NCBI GenBank assembly: GCA_002245135.1
Contig: NGBS01001161.1
Coordinates: forward strand, 1-64,000
Direction of reading: 5' to 3'
DNA length: 64,000 nt
From: Proteromonas lacertae
Lineage: Eukaryota
A model generated the notes under the pieces. It did no database searches. It saw only the letters and a list, made by a program, of their open reading frames with translations, and was not told where the DNA came from. How positions within the stretch are numbered: position 1 is the stretch's first letter; each line of letters begins with the position of its first letter. The position numbers were made by a program, and so were the translations under genes. Shown piece after piece: positions 20,521 to 35,155 of the stretch.

Positions 20521-23402
20521 AATGGACGGTCAGTGGCCTGCTGAAGAGAATATTCGTCGTGTTTCCGTAATGCATGGAGATGAAAACAAAGATCAAGAGA
20601 TGAAATTAGCCAATACAGATGAAGAAATACTGCAGAATCTTTTAGATCCAGGAAATGATCGAATTATAACACAAGAAGTATTATTTCAATGTCAAAATGA
20701 ATATATCCATGATTGTAAATTACATAGAGTAAATCCATGTTCAGTGTATATGTCTAATATGTACGAGCCAGCTATTAATTTATGTCATTATGGTTTAACT
20801 GATGCTGAATTAAAACCAATAATAACAAACCTTTTTAAGAATTTTTCTACTTCTGTTTTTTTACTATCTGATAATCAATTAACTTCAATTGGTGCTTGTT
20901 ATATTGAGGAATTATTAAAGAACGATAATAGTAGAATATTATTAATAGATTTATCTACTAATCAACTAGGAGCTGATGGTATGAAACATATATCAGAAGG
21001 TTTAAAAGTGAATCAAATATTGCAGAAACTATCACTTAGAGATAATCTAATAGGAACAAAAGGATGTGAAGCTTTAAGCGAAATGTTACCAATAAATCGA
21101 AGTTTAATTGAATTGGATATTAGTTATAATGCATTAGTATATATTTATATACAGTTTAATTTGTATAGGATGATAATGCAATGGTTGCTCTTAGTATAGG
21201 TTTATTAGAATGTGTTCATTTGTCAATACTTAATTTAAGTCACAATTCTATTAAAGATAAAGGAGGAGTAGAATTATTTTATTCACTTGGACATAATCGT
21301 ACAATTACTACGTTAGATGTGAGTAATAATATGTTGAATACAATGAGTGGTATTTCATTTGGAGAGTGTTTAGCTACTAATTCGATGTTACAGAAAGTAG
21401 ATTTATCACATGTATAGTAATTAACTCATTATTATTGTAATTATTAGAATGAAATTACATATGAAGCAACACCAATTATAGCTGAAGGAATTAGATGGAA
21501 TATGGCAGTGCAATTGATATTATTAAATCATAATCCAATAGGTAAAGAAGGTGGGAAATTATTAAGAAGCGTAGTTGATAAAAAACCATATATTACTACA
21601 CTTGGTTTAGAAAATATTGATTTTGAAGAATATTTTAATAAAGGAAATGTCAAACAATTAACATTAGATGGTCATTATAGATTAAGATTGGATAGAAATG
21701 TATAGACTATTATTATTATTATTATTTCAATAGTGGGATCATGCATTAGCATCGTTATTAAAAACACAGAAATTCATTGGAAGAGCAAAATGGGAATATG
21801 TAACACTAGATGGATGTCCAATTAATATTACAGATAGATGGAATGTATAAATATATATAATTATTATCGTTATTAGTTACCAAGAAGTGGAATATTAGAT
21901 TTAACATTCACTAATGCTGCTAAATTGAGAGAAAGAGGTGAATTATCAGATCCAGTAACTCATTTTGATTTGAATCTCTCATTTCCAGATCATCATCATA
22001 TGGCATTGTTACTAATACAAAGGTAAAGAAAATACTGTTTTATGATTTTATATAGAGGTATGATAAATCCATCAGAAACATGGCAGAAATGTACTTTAAA
22101 TGGTGAAATATTTGATATATCTGAAGATCCGATGTGTGCTTATAGTTATATTGAAACAATGATGAGTATATATGTTTATAATTATAATTTAATAATAGAA
22201 GGAATATTATCAATGGATTATATTACAGATACATTGCCATGTAATCCTCATTATACTTTGGATTTGAAGAATACCGAAGAGAGAATTAGAGCAACTCAAT
22301 TGTTAGATAGAATGTATAAATCACTTTATATGTATATATAATATTGATAGTTATTCATTTCAATTCAGTGTAGCTGATAAATGGTGTAATATCACATTAG
22401 ATAATATTCCATTGACTTTAAAAGGATGGGAACAGCAATTTGAGAATAATGATAGAAGAAAAACAGCTGAAACTACATCACAAGGATGGAGATTACCTAA
22501 AAGTGGAATATTATCATTTGATTATTTTACTAATGAACCACATTTCTTATGTTGATATCTTTTCTTTTTTTTTCACTATTATGTTTTATACTTTTTCTTG
22601 TATTTTCTTAATAATTATAATCAGCATTTTAGATATGATTTAACAAACTTTCAAGAACATGATATAGCTTGTGAATTGTATAAAAGAGCAATTAAAGTGC
22701 CTGGAGAGAATATATGGAATATAAAAATCAATGGAATTCACTTTGATCCTCTTTTAGATTTAGACTATAATGGGAAATTTGTTAAATTTGGAACAATTGA
22801 TTTTGAGTATATTATAACAAAGAATAAATTTGATATGGAGTATTTTATTATTTATATTATTTATTATTTTCAATAGATTATTGTATAGAGAACATTTTGA
22901 GTTTGATTTATCTAATGATTGGGAATATGAAAACTGTCTAATATTGTACGAAAGATGTTATAATACAAAATTTGAAGAATATGTAATAAATATAATTTAT
23001 GATAATCAAGAGATACAAGCTCCATTCATTAAAGGTATTAAAATGCCAAAGACTAAGAAGATTGAGTTTGATTATTGCTTTTGTATGAAAGGCAAACCAA
23101 TATCATTACAGAGATTTAAAACAGTCTTCCAAGATTTGATGAGTTCTAAAGGTGATAAAAGTCGTTTAGCTACTTTAACTATGTTGTGTACTACATTTTA
23201 CTTTACATGCGCAATGTCAAAACAAATTATGGAATTGTTTGCAGTTAAGCATAGAAAAGCTGCTTTAAAAGTGTTGTGCAACAGAATTATAGATGTTCAT
23301 AATGGTTTACTTTTGTATGAGTTATTTGATTTTGATAATGATTTGCAGGAAGTTTGGAAGAACTGGTTATTCACAGGCATGTGGGATGATTTATTTTATT
23401 AA
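20521..23402 (+). CDS. RI-like leucine-rich repeat protein (LRRC74-like) with C-terminal tandem repeats; multi-exon
   Basis: INLCHYGL then 28-aa LRRs (LSDNQL, LSTNQL, LRDNLI, ISYNAL, LSHNSI, VSNNML); ORFs linked by short GT-AG introns. Confidence 0.8.
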
Positions 23403-23476
23403 ATTAACTATATTTTTGAATGGGGTACAAAAAACAATAGTAACTGATATACAAATCGTTATGTATTTTTTATGAA

Positions 23477-26400
23477 ATGATTTTATTTTTTCTTCTCTTA
23501 ATTAACATCCCAGTTATTATAACTGACAAAATTGATATAGGTATTATCTTAAGAACAGATAGTATTACTCCTACACTGAAAAATGATCTAATTGCTTATT
23601 CTTCTAGTGTAGATACAAAATTCAAACTTGATGATGCTAGCAATTATCATGAAGTTGTTGCAGAGGATAGGGCTACAGTAGATGATGTTTTTAAGAAATT
23701 ATATAACAATGGAGTGAGTTACATATTCTGTTACTTACCAAATATACAACCAGAGGTATTAGATTCAATTGCTGCAAATTATACTATTCCAACAATAAAC
23801 ATTGCCCAATCTTCACATACAACTTGTTTAACACACGTTGCATATGGTTTTGATAATTGTTACTCAAAGTTCTTAGCAATTGATTCATTGAAGAGCAGAA
23901 ATCGATATAATTTGATTATTGGTGAGGAAAATAAATGTAGTTTAGGAATAATTGAATATCTTCTTCAATTTTCAAGTCCATCTAATCTATCTTACATATC
24001 AGCTACTCCAACAATGGTTGAAATTGAAAAACATTTAGAAAATGTGTTTAATGATATAGGTGATACTCCTGTTTATATTTACAATTTTCTACCTGATCTA
24101 ATAAATGATATTCAAACTGCAATAACTGCAAAAGGTGTGAAAGGTACTCTAATTAATTTTGATGTTGATAGAGCAGAGATATTTAGTAATCAAGCAAATT
24201 ATGTTGGTCAATTAATGGTTGGAGAATATTTTGATTTTAATAACAGTGATCCAGATATAATCAACAAATTTGGTATTTCAACAACAACACCACCATATGT
24301 ATTTCATACTGTTGAATTATGGCTATTTTACATATTAGAATTATATTCAACTACATTATTAAAAACCAAAGTTACTTCACAATTAATCCTTAATTTTGAA
24401 TTATATGATACTAAAAAAACAATATCAGATTATACAATCTCATTATTGCACAATAATCATTTAATATCTAACATTGATATTGTAATGATAAGAAGTACCA
24501 CTGCATCACTCAAAATAGCAACAATTGAAGTACAATATCAAGTTCCAATTGCACAAATCATTGGATCTCCATCAAATATGACTTGCAATATATTACATAC
24601 ACCATCAATTGAAGCTGTAGATGCATTGTTTATTGGTATATCATTTAGTGGTATTGGTAATAGTGGTTATTTAGGTAGTCATGTATTAGTTTCATTATTA
24701 ACTGCAATTGATTATGTTAATAGAAATAATCCATTAATGGGAAAACAATTAATTCCTATCTTTATTAGTGCTGATTTACCTGATGAAGAATATGTTGCTA
24801 AATTTTATAAACAGTCAAGTATGTTTAGAATATTATGTGTCTTTGCGAATGTTGATATTGAAATATTAGATGGATTTTCTAAAGCTTATTCTGATCTTAA
24901 TATAATATTCATTGAACTTACTACAGTAGGTGGTGAATTTTGTAATAAATATATAATGAATGGCAATTTACCAATTTCATCTTATCTTACAAGAGCTACA
25001 ATAAATATATTTGGAGAATTTGAAAAAGTGTTTATTCTTTCATCTAATACAATGGCATCAAAGCAAGCTGTAGAATCAATGAATTATATTGCAAATATAC
25101 AAAGTATAAATATAGTTGGATCTTATCAAATGATTTCTGCTGATGATATACCAGGTCAAAATGCTTGTACAACTATCTTGAATAATTGTGAATCTGAATT
25201 ATGTTTGATAATTGATTTAGCTGATTCAGAATATCAAGAATCATTCTTTTCTAATTATTATAGAAAGAATATGTCTAGTAATACATACCCTGTATTGGTA
25301 TTCAATTTAGATGAAAGATTAATTGGTGAATCAAATAAGGATTATGTATAATAAATATATTTATATTATTATTATTATATTTGCATATATAGTATCAAGG
25401 TGCTTATGTAATGGGATATTATTTTAATGAAATGAAAACAGATGAATCAGAAAAACTGAGAGAAATGTTGATAAAGCTGTATGGAAATAAAGCAATAATT
25501 ACATCCAATATGGCAGTAGCTTATTCACAAATATTCTTATTAAAGAATGCAATGAATGTAATATATTCAACAGATATGTCACAATTGAAATCAGTGATGG
25601 GTTATGTTAGTTTTAATGGACCTGGTGGAATTATCTCTTATACATCTGAAGGATTTGCATCCTCTACAGTTGAATTAGGTATTGTTCAAGATGATAAGAT
25701 AATTAAAGTAGATTCAGGTGTTTATTTGGATAATTCACATTCATATTTAGATTATAGAAAACAATGTGATTGGGATAGTGGTGATGTAATTACTGATAGA
25801 AGAGTATATAAGTTAGTATTTTTGCTTGTAATTGATTCATTTACAAAAGATTATAATCAATATTATCAACAGTATTTCTCATTAATGGTTAGTGTAATGA
25901 ATCAAAATTATGGTGGTGTAAATGGTAGATATTTAATTGCAATTAAACCATATTTACATTCACTTGATGATCTTGTTAGTTTTGTTAGAGATCATGGTAA
26001 TGACAAAGATATTTTAGCATTTGTTGGTACAAGAACAAATAAAGAAAGAGAAGCAATACAACAGTTTTTATCAGGACTATGAAAAGTTATTATTTGTTAT
26101 ATTTCCATATGAAGGTGAATATAGTCATTCAAACGTAATTAATATTGGTTATATACCTTCAAATTATGTAGATGTGGTAATTGGATATTTTTATCAAACA
26201 TTCAATAGATTCATTATTATCTACGATGAAAATGATTCTCCAAACCCAATTATTATTAATACAATGGAAAAATCATTCAATCGTACTATTACTAAATATG
26301 AGATAATAAAATATACAGAAAATGATGATATGAAAGCTATTCGTTAATTATATAAAGACTAATTATACAGATGGAGTAGCTATTTTTACATTAATCCACA

Positions 26401-29400
26401 AGAAGGCTGAGATATTGTTAAAAGAAATGTATGAGCAAGGATTAAGTAGTGATGACTATCCTGTAACAATGTTGGATATAATATTTGCATTTGTTGCTGA
26501 TGCTACTAACTCTACTATATATAATGGGCATTATTTTATTGGTAGTTATACATACAAGGAAGAAAGTGATCAAAACAAAATTGTAGTTGATTTTTTAAAT
26601 ACAACATACGGTTCAGCAAAGATATTATCTACTCAAGAATCAATGAATATGTATGCTGTAATAAGATTCTTACAATCAGCTGTAGAAAGTAGTAATTCAA
26701 TAGAGATTAAATCATTAAAAGATGAATTATATAGAACAACTCTTGATTTACCACAAGGTAAAATATCTATAAGTTCAACAAACATGGCCACAAGTGGAAT
26801 GCATTTATTCCAGTGTAATGATGAGAATGATTATAATGTGATATTAGAAAGTCCAGGATTAAGCGATTCCTTTGCATTCTCTAGAAATGATGATACTGTT
26901 AATTCTATTCAATATACTTATGATTATTCAATAAATAGTGAAAAGAGAATTGCCAATGTTTATGCTATTGGGTTGTTGATTGATAAATCAGTGGATGATG
27001 TTTATTTCCTATTGAATAGATATGTTGAGAAAATCAATGGTGAAGGAGGAAATAATGGAAGAAAATATGTATATAAATGTAATTATTCTATACTGAATAG
27101 ATGTTATTTCAAATGTATTGTGATGTATTTGAAGATGTACAAATGTTTATTGAAAGAAGTGATGTTGAAGTGTTAATATCCAATTGTAATAGTCAATTGT
27201 TTGCTAGCTTTGATGGAGCTTTAGGAAGAAATGGACTTGTTGCTTTTTCGTTAAATCGTGAAGATTCAAACTTTTGTCTTAATAATACGTATATTTAATA
27301 TAAAATATTATTATTTTTATTATTATGAAATAGATATTTTACTGGAACTTCACCATCTCAAAGAACTTTATCTCTGTTACAATATACTTTCGATCATTAT
27401 TCATCAAATTTTATTGTCATTTTACCATTAACAATGAATAATACTGCTGAATATTCAATTCTTTCTGATTTGATTGACTCATATGGTGGAATAAAATATG
27501 TTTATTTTATCAATGAAACAGATAGTAGTGATAATGAAATAGAAAAACTTAAAGGTATTATATCCTCAGTTTTATTGTTATTTCCATCAGGAGCTGTTAT
27601 ATTAAACTATTTGGATAATAATGTAGATTTAAACACTGTAATATACAAATCCTTATATACAATAGTATCTCCAAAATATAACAATTGTGAAACGTCCAAA
27701 GCATTTAGTAATGATTTTATTATAATTTCTACAAATATTGATTTATTTGATTCTATACCTGCACAATATAGAGAAGGGCATTTATGTAGAATATATGCTT
27801 ATGCTGATGAGAATAATTCACCAGATGTCTATGAAATTGGATTAGATTCTCATGGAAATGTTGTTTTAAATGAATTAGAATATACTATTTTAGCAACATT
27901 TGATTTACTAAAATCAGCATTAGCTGGTAGAAAGTCGTCTGTTTCATTATCAGATACATTGAGAGGTAATACATTTACTACATCTTATGGAGATATTAAA
28001 GTGAGTATTGACAATTATGTAGAATTCCCAATGTTTTTATTAACTTCAGAAGGTGATGATATTATTGTAAAAGTCAAACTGTTTGATGAATATCCAAGTG
28101 ACACATTTAGACAATATTTCAATATTTACAGTAGTTATAAAGTATGTAGTTATGGTAATTCAGCTACATATATTCCAAGTGTTTTAATGTTGTTATTACC
28201 TTTAAGTGGTGAATATGAATCACAAGGAACAGCTATGTTAATATCATATTCTGTAGTAATTGACTATCTTAATAACAATACTGATAGAGAAAGATATTAT
28301 TCTCCAATTATATGTAATGTAGATAGTGATTCAAAATTAGCTATACAATGTATTAAACAAATGGTAAAGAAATATGATACAAGAGTAGCATTTGGATTAT
28401 TTAGTAGTGAAATGAGAATAGAAATATCTCATACATTAGAGGAAGAAGATGTATTATTATATTATCCATTTGAATATGAAGGATTTGAATGTGATAAACA
28501 TATAATATACACTGGTATGCCTTATAGTATTTATACTGCATTTATACCATTTTTAACTACCACATTAGCTGAACCAATGTTTTTTTTATATACATCATCA
28601 ATGAGGAGTAAAACCATATTTGAATATGTAACTAAAGAGATAAATGAAAGAGGTTTTGATTCTTCATTGTATTTAGAAGTACAAACAGATAAATATAACA
28701 TTACAAATATTGTAAATTATATAGTAAGTAAAATGCAAAGTGGTGTTATAGTGTCTTTATTGGTAGAAAAGACAGCTAAAGAATTTATGTTAGAATTCTG
28801 CCGAATTGGATATACTTCAAAAGATTATAAGATTGTAAACATGTTTTTATATGGTAAAGATATAAAGAATAATTATGAATGTTATAATGGTCATTACTTT
28901 TGGGAAGCTATGTATAATGTAAATGATGAAATAGATATGAAAAATTCAAATTATTCATTAATATTGGATAAGAAATATACACAATATTCAGAATCAACAT
29001 CATTAGTAGCTGGTGTTGTTATTTCAGTATTGTTAAATCATTATGCATTTAATGAAATAAATTTCATTCCAAGTATTGAATATCCTGACAATTATACATT
29101 TGATGAGTTAGTTCAAGCAGTTTATAAATCAAAAATAATGGAATTTCCACAAGTGAGTATTACATATTCAAATCATTTATCATCATCATTAGCATTAACT
29201 CAAGTTGTTTATAATACAACATCCAACAAATATGATGAAATAATGATATACAAAATGATCAATGAAGATTCAACAAATCCATATGCGTTAGAGTTTTTAC
29301 AATCTTCAGAAAATCATTATTATACATGTAATTGGAATAAATATAACAATACATCAAAGCATGAAGAAGATGTGTTATTGGTTGCATTATGTTTATCAGT

Positions 29401-32400
29401 ATCAGGTAGTTTAAGAGAAATAGAATATCAAGGTATAGATCCAATTATTAGTTGTATTTATGATATAAATAATAAAGGTGGTATTCATGGTAAATATGTA
29501 ATTTACCGTATTTATGACACAAAGAGTGATAAAAATGAAGCTATTAAAGTATCACAGAAAGTAGTGGAAGATAATGCTGCAATTATAATTGGTGGATATT
29601 CAAGTGATATTCATTATGCAATGTCTGATTATTTGTTAGAATATAACAAGACAATATGGTTTCCTGGTGCATTTGAAGGTCAAGAATGTAGAAAGAATGT
29701 TTATTATACAGGTCCAGTCAGTAATCAATTTACAGATGGTATTGTCAATTATTTAACAAAAGATAGTAAAATGGAAAAGAATGTAATGTTGCTTGGTGAT
29801 AATAGAGTATGGGCAACTACTATTTTCACTATAATCAACAACAAGATTGAAGCAAATGGATATAATATCTATTTATATTCTATTCCTGATTTCGATGATG
29901 TTGAAAATGCTGTAAAAGAAGGTTTAGCAAAGATGAAAGATGGTGGTACAATAATAACATCATATTCATCTACTGATTTTATCAATATAGTTAATTATAT
30001 GGAACAGAATATCACATTTACTGGTAAATACGAATTAATAGCTGTATCAGGAGATAGAGATATTATTAGTAAATTAACTGTTTCAGGTAAATTTGGTGTG
30101 ATATTGACAGCTAGTCATTTTGATGAGAATATAGCAGTATATCCACAATTAGAAGAAATGCAATTCCAATACACATCTACAACTCATTTGTCAATGTTTG
30201 GTGAATCATGTGCAATAGCATTTCTATTATGGGCAAATGCATTAGAAAAAGCACCACAAATACTATTAGATTATGATTTAAATCCATACTTATATGGTTT
30301 ATCAATAAATGTATGTGATGGTCCAATAAAAATGAATACTAATCATTACACATCGTTATATGTATCATTAGGTAAAATGATTCCTAATCAACATTCAGTA
30401 GAAATGGTAATGGTTCAAAAAACGGCACAATCACCGATGGCATGGAGTTGGGAAATACCTGAAACATATGGTAAAGTATGTGATTATAGTTCATCAATTG
30501 GTGAGATTGGAGATTTGAATGCTATTACAATACTATTAGGTATAAGTCAATCTGGTATTAAAAGTGATGCAGATGTAGGTATAAAGAGTATTATTGAGTT
30601 AATTGTGATGAATATAAATGATGAAGGTGGTTTATTAGATAAACAGTTGTATTTATCAACGATAGATATTACATCTGATGATGATGAATGCTCAACATTA
30701 ATAAAGAAGCAATTAGCATCAACAAAATATGATATTTTATTTACATCAGCTGGACGAACTTGTTTAGAAGATATAACAAGTATTACACAGGAATTAGACA
30801 TAACAATCATCAGTTTAGGTTACAATGGTGGTGAAAGTTGTGTAGAGAATATTGTATATGCTTCAAGAGAACCAAGTACAATTGATAGGTTAATAAATGT
30901 ACATTTGAGAGCAAGTAAAGAGAATACTATGATTTACAGTGTTATTTATACAACAGATAGTAGTTCTGTTGCTATGTTTGAATATGCTGAGAAATTCATT
31001 GATTTTAAGAAAATTACATTAGCATATTCTGTGGGAATTCAACCAGATCAAGTTGATTTTGATGAAATTCTCAATTCAATAATTTCAAACTGTCCAAATG
31101 GTTGTACAATATTATTCTTTGGTACTTCTGTTAATCATATTGGAATGGATAAATATTACAGAGAAAAATCAATGACAATAGATAAATATCCAATATTATC
31201 TTATACAACTGGTGAAGTAATGTTAAATACGAAAGTATTACCATTTTATTCAGGCCAATCTTACTTTACATCAATAGAAAGTGATAATAATAAAAGGTTT
31301 ATAGATTCTGTGAAGAAATATACAAATGAACAAATAACTGAAGTAATGGAAAACACATATTCAATATTGATGATGTGGATAGAAGGAGTGAGAATATCAA
31401 ACTCAACAAATAGTTCATCAGTTGTTCCAAAGATGTATAACGTTGAATATAACAGTCCAGAAGGAATAATATCTTTAAAGAATAATAATTATTTAAGTCA
31501 TTACTTTTATATTGGTACTTTATCTGAAGATACTTCAACATTTGAATTGTATTATAGTTCAAGTAAGTCAATAACTCCTGTAGCATGGAAAACATTTATT
31601 AATGCAGGATCTTATACATGTGATTTTAGTTTACAAAGTGTTGGTTCTTATCAGAAAGATATGTCTTGTACAGTTGGTATATTAAATTCATTTAGTGGTA
31701 AATTCATGACAACTGAAAGAGCAATGAGTGATGGTATTGTGGAAGCAATCAATGAAATAAATGAAAAAGGTGGTGTATTACAGAGGAAAATATTAATAGA
31801 AATAAGAGATCCAGCATCTCAAGATTCGAAGTATGTAGATTATGCAAAAGAATTGGGGAAATTGGATGAAGTAAAAGCTGTATTTGGTACAGGTAGATAT
31901 GCAACAGAGAAAACACTAGCTCCAATATTTGACAAGTTCACTAAACCATTCTTTTATCCAGGTAATTCAGCTGGTGAGTTTTGTAGTGCATATGTATTTA
32001 GTTTACAATCAACTACAAATCAATTAACTCATGCATTAGAGAAATTTGAATTTTCACAATGGAATGAATATGTTATAGTTCAAGTTCCAACCAATCCTTA
32101 TTCAACAATTAGTACAAGATCAATTCTATCACGTTTAACTATTTTTGAAAGTATAATACATGGACCATATAATACAACTGATTTTAATCAAATGGATGAA
32201 TTAAGCGATGAAGTATTGAAAAGAAGTAATATAATATTAAGTGTTGGTGCTGATGGTATTCCATCATCATTGAGTTATTTTTGTGATAATAGAAAACTGA
32301 ATGCAAGAGCTGTTCATATTGTTGTTACTACATTAGATCAACGTATTTTAGACCAGTTGGATAAAGAGTGTGTAGAAGGATTATACTTTTTATCAACATT

Positions 32401-35055
32401 TATGACAGAAATGGGTGATTCAAAATCAGCGAAAGGAACATTTATAGAAAGTGCAGAAACATTTGTTGTAAATATGCAGGATAGTTATGGTTCTGATGTT
32501 CAATTATCTGCAGCAATGGAAGCAGGTTATACAGCAGTGAAATTATGGGCAGATGTAGTAGAAAACACTTATTCATTTGATATTGAAAAGGCAAGAAAAA
32601 GAATGTATGGTTATTTGTATAGAAGCACAACAGGTGATTTAGAAATGAATGTAAATGGTTTTGCTAGTCGTGTTATATATTATGGTGTTGTTATAGCAAA
32701 TAGACGAATAAATATATTAAACTATGCAAAAACACCAGAAGAAGGTCAAGCATATGATCAATATCTACCTGAGAATGTTGGTTATACTTGTGATTGGACA
32801 GATAAAGGAGATAAACATAAATTAGATTCAATAAAAGTGATCTTTCTACATGAAGCTAATCATCAAGAGAATGAAATACCAATAATGTTAGAAGAAGCAG
32901 CAATGGTAAAAGAGATTAATTACAATAAAATAAATGGTTATAATATCATACCAGAATATATATTTGGTAATTCAAGTGAAGATTTTGATAATAAATTAAG
33001 TCAATACGATGAAGATGAAGAAGCAGTAGTTTTTATTGGTTGTAGAAGTGTTGAATGTCGTGAAATGGCAATAAAACATTCACACAAAACAGGGAAATTG
33101 TTCTACAATCTAGGAATGACAGAAGGTAATTATTGTAGTAAGAATGTAGTGAATATAGGAACAACAGCATATCAAAGAATATCATTGATATTAAAATATG
33201 CTTATACTCAATCAATAAACTTGTTCTATTTAGTAGGAGATGATACAGATGTTGATAGAATTGATTATGATATAGCAAATAATTATTTGAAGCAGAACCA
33301 ATCACAAAATCTTAGATCAACATATATAACTGATAAAGTCATTTCATTAAATGCAGTAACAACAATAATGGATAAAATAGTGAAATATAGTGATGGTGAA
33401 AGAGTTGGAATTATATTTACATTGAAAGGTGATAGAGCAACAACATTTTTGAAATATGTAGTTGATAGTAATTATTTGGCTAGAGAAATAGTGTTTTTGT
33501 TTGTTGAATATCGTTATTATGATTATAATAGATTTGATTTATCTCCATTTAGTGGTTCTTATGTTTCTGTGAGTTTTCATCCAATCCTACAAGCAGCATT
33601 ACCTCAATCATATATAAGTGATACACAGAATAATATTGGTATTAATACTATAATAACTGAAGAAGTAGAAAGTGTCAAAATAGTATTAGATTTGTGGCAA
33701 GAAACAATGATTAAAAGTTCATCAGATAGTAATGAAGTAATACCTACTGTAAATTATATGATGGTAAATACTATTGGTATTTCAAGATCAGTTCCATCAG
33801 GTACTTCTTATATTGAAGATAATAGTTATAGTAAAAGAAGTATTTATGTATTAGAAATAACAACAAATGGTGATTTGAATCAAATTGATCCTTATAGAGA
33901 TAGTGCAACAATTGATGTTGATCCAAATCCATATTATTTCTCATCAGTCCCTTCTGAATGTAAATTTGGTAAACAGAATGTCTATTTTACCTATGATAAT
34001 ACATTAGTTATTTTATTCTGGTTATTATTAGCAATTGCATGTTGTGGAGGATTGTTTTGTGTAATATTTACAATTGGAAATCAGAACAAATTGATTATCA
34101 GATCATTTGGAAGATTCTATAACTACTTATTATCATTTTTACTATTGATTACTCCATTGTCGGCTATTCCAATCGCTATTCCACCAAGTGAAAGTAATGG
34201 GATATGTATGGCTAGACCATTAATACTTGGATTATGTGTGAAAATGATATTAATGACTATGATAGCAAAAGCTTCAAAATTGTATAAAAAATTAAGAGTA
34301 ACTAGAACAGCAATGGTTACGAAAGTATATTATATTTATATATATTTATATAGACACATATATCTTCTATAAGAGTTACAACTTGTCTTTTAATTGCAAT
34401 AGCTATTGAAATTGTTATTCATTTGTTATGGAGATATATTGATCCAAATGAGTTTATGTCTGTTTATAGTCAAAAATATAGTTCTTATTTTGAGGAGATT
34501 TATATAAGAGAATGTTCAATATCAACTCCATTTACAATAGTAGAATTAATAATTGATGGAATTATGTGTGTTTGTCTTTTATTTTACAGTTATGAAGCTA
34601 GAAATATAGCAAATGAATTCAATGATTCACTTAGTTTGTTTTTATCTTCTATTATTACGACAATTCTTGGAGTTGTGTTGGTTGCTTTAGATTTTAATAT
34701 TGATAATGAACCAGATAGTGTATTGATCTTTAGAGGAATTGGAATTCAGATAAATGTGATTATATTATGTATTTTACAATTTGGACATATCCTTTTATAT
34801 ACATATATATTGTTTATTTTATATTTTTCTTAATTTGATATACTGAAAGTAGTTAATCTATATCTTAACGAAAATGCTGGTAGAAATACTTCATCTGGAT
34901 CAGCTGTGGATGGAAAGAATAAGACAGTGATGTCAACGACAAGTCATGGATATTCTCAATCGTTGTTAAAGTCTTCTACAATGTCTATGACCATGTCTCA
35001 TGGAAGATTCACTACAAATACACTCAAGACAATGACAACACAACAAAAAGTTTAA
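23477..35055 (+). CDS. Giant receptor: signal peptide, nine type-1 periplasmic-binding (UrtA/AmiC-like) domains, class C GPCR-like 7TM
   Basis: Repeats carrying LLYYPFEYEGFECDKHIIYTG / IWFPGAFEGQEC-type motifs; hydrophobic helices from ~34000 with ARNIANEFNDS (class C R..P..FNES-like). Short introns; apparent +1 frameshifts at ~26075 and ~26340. Confidence 0.85.
34787..34843 (+). other. U12-type AT-AC intron
   Basis: 5' ATATCCTTTT, branch-like TTTTCTTAAT, 3' TAC. Removal gives QFG-L-KVVNLY and an open Ser/Thr-rich tail to TAA 35055. Confidence 0.85.
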
Positions 35056-35155
35056 ATTTTCTTTATTTTTGAATTGAAATGTTGTGTTAGAGTTAAATTA
35101 AAAAAAGAAAATTCTAGATTTTTTTTGTTTTTTTTGTTTTTTTGTTTTTTGTTAA

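Noticed and set aside
22555..22624. Possible second U12-like intron (ATATCTTT ... TTTTCTTAAT)
   Set aside because: 5' site deviates from consensus and no AC/AG acceptor restores the frame; needs RNA data.
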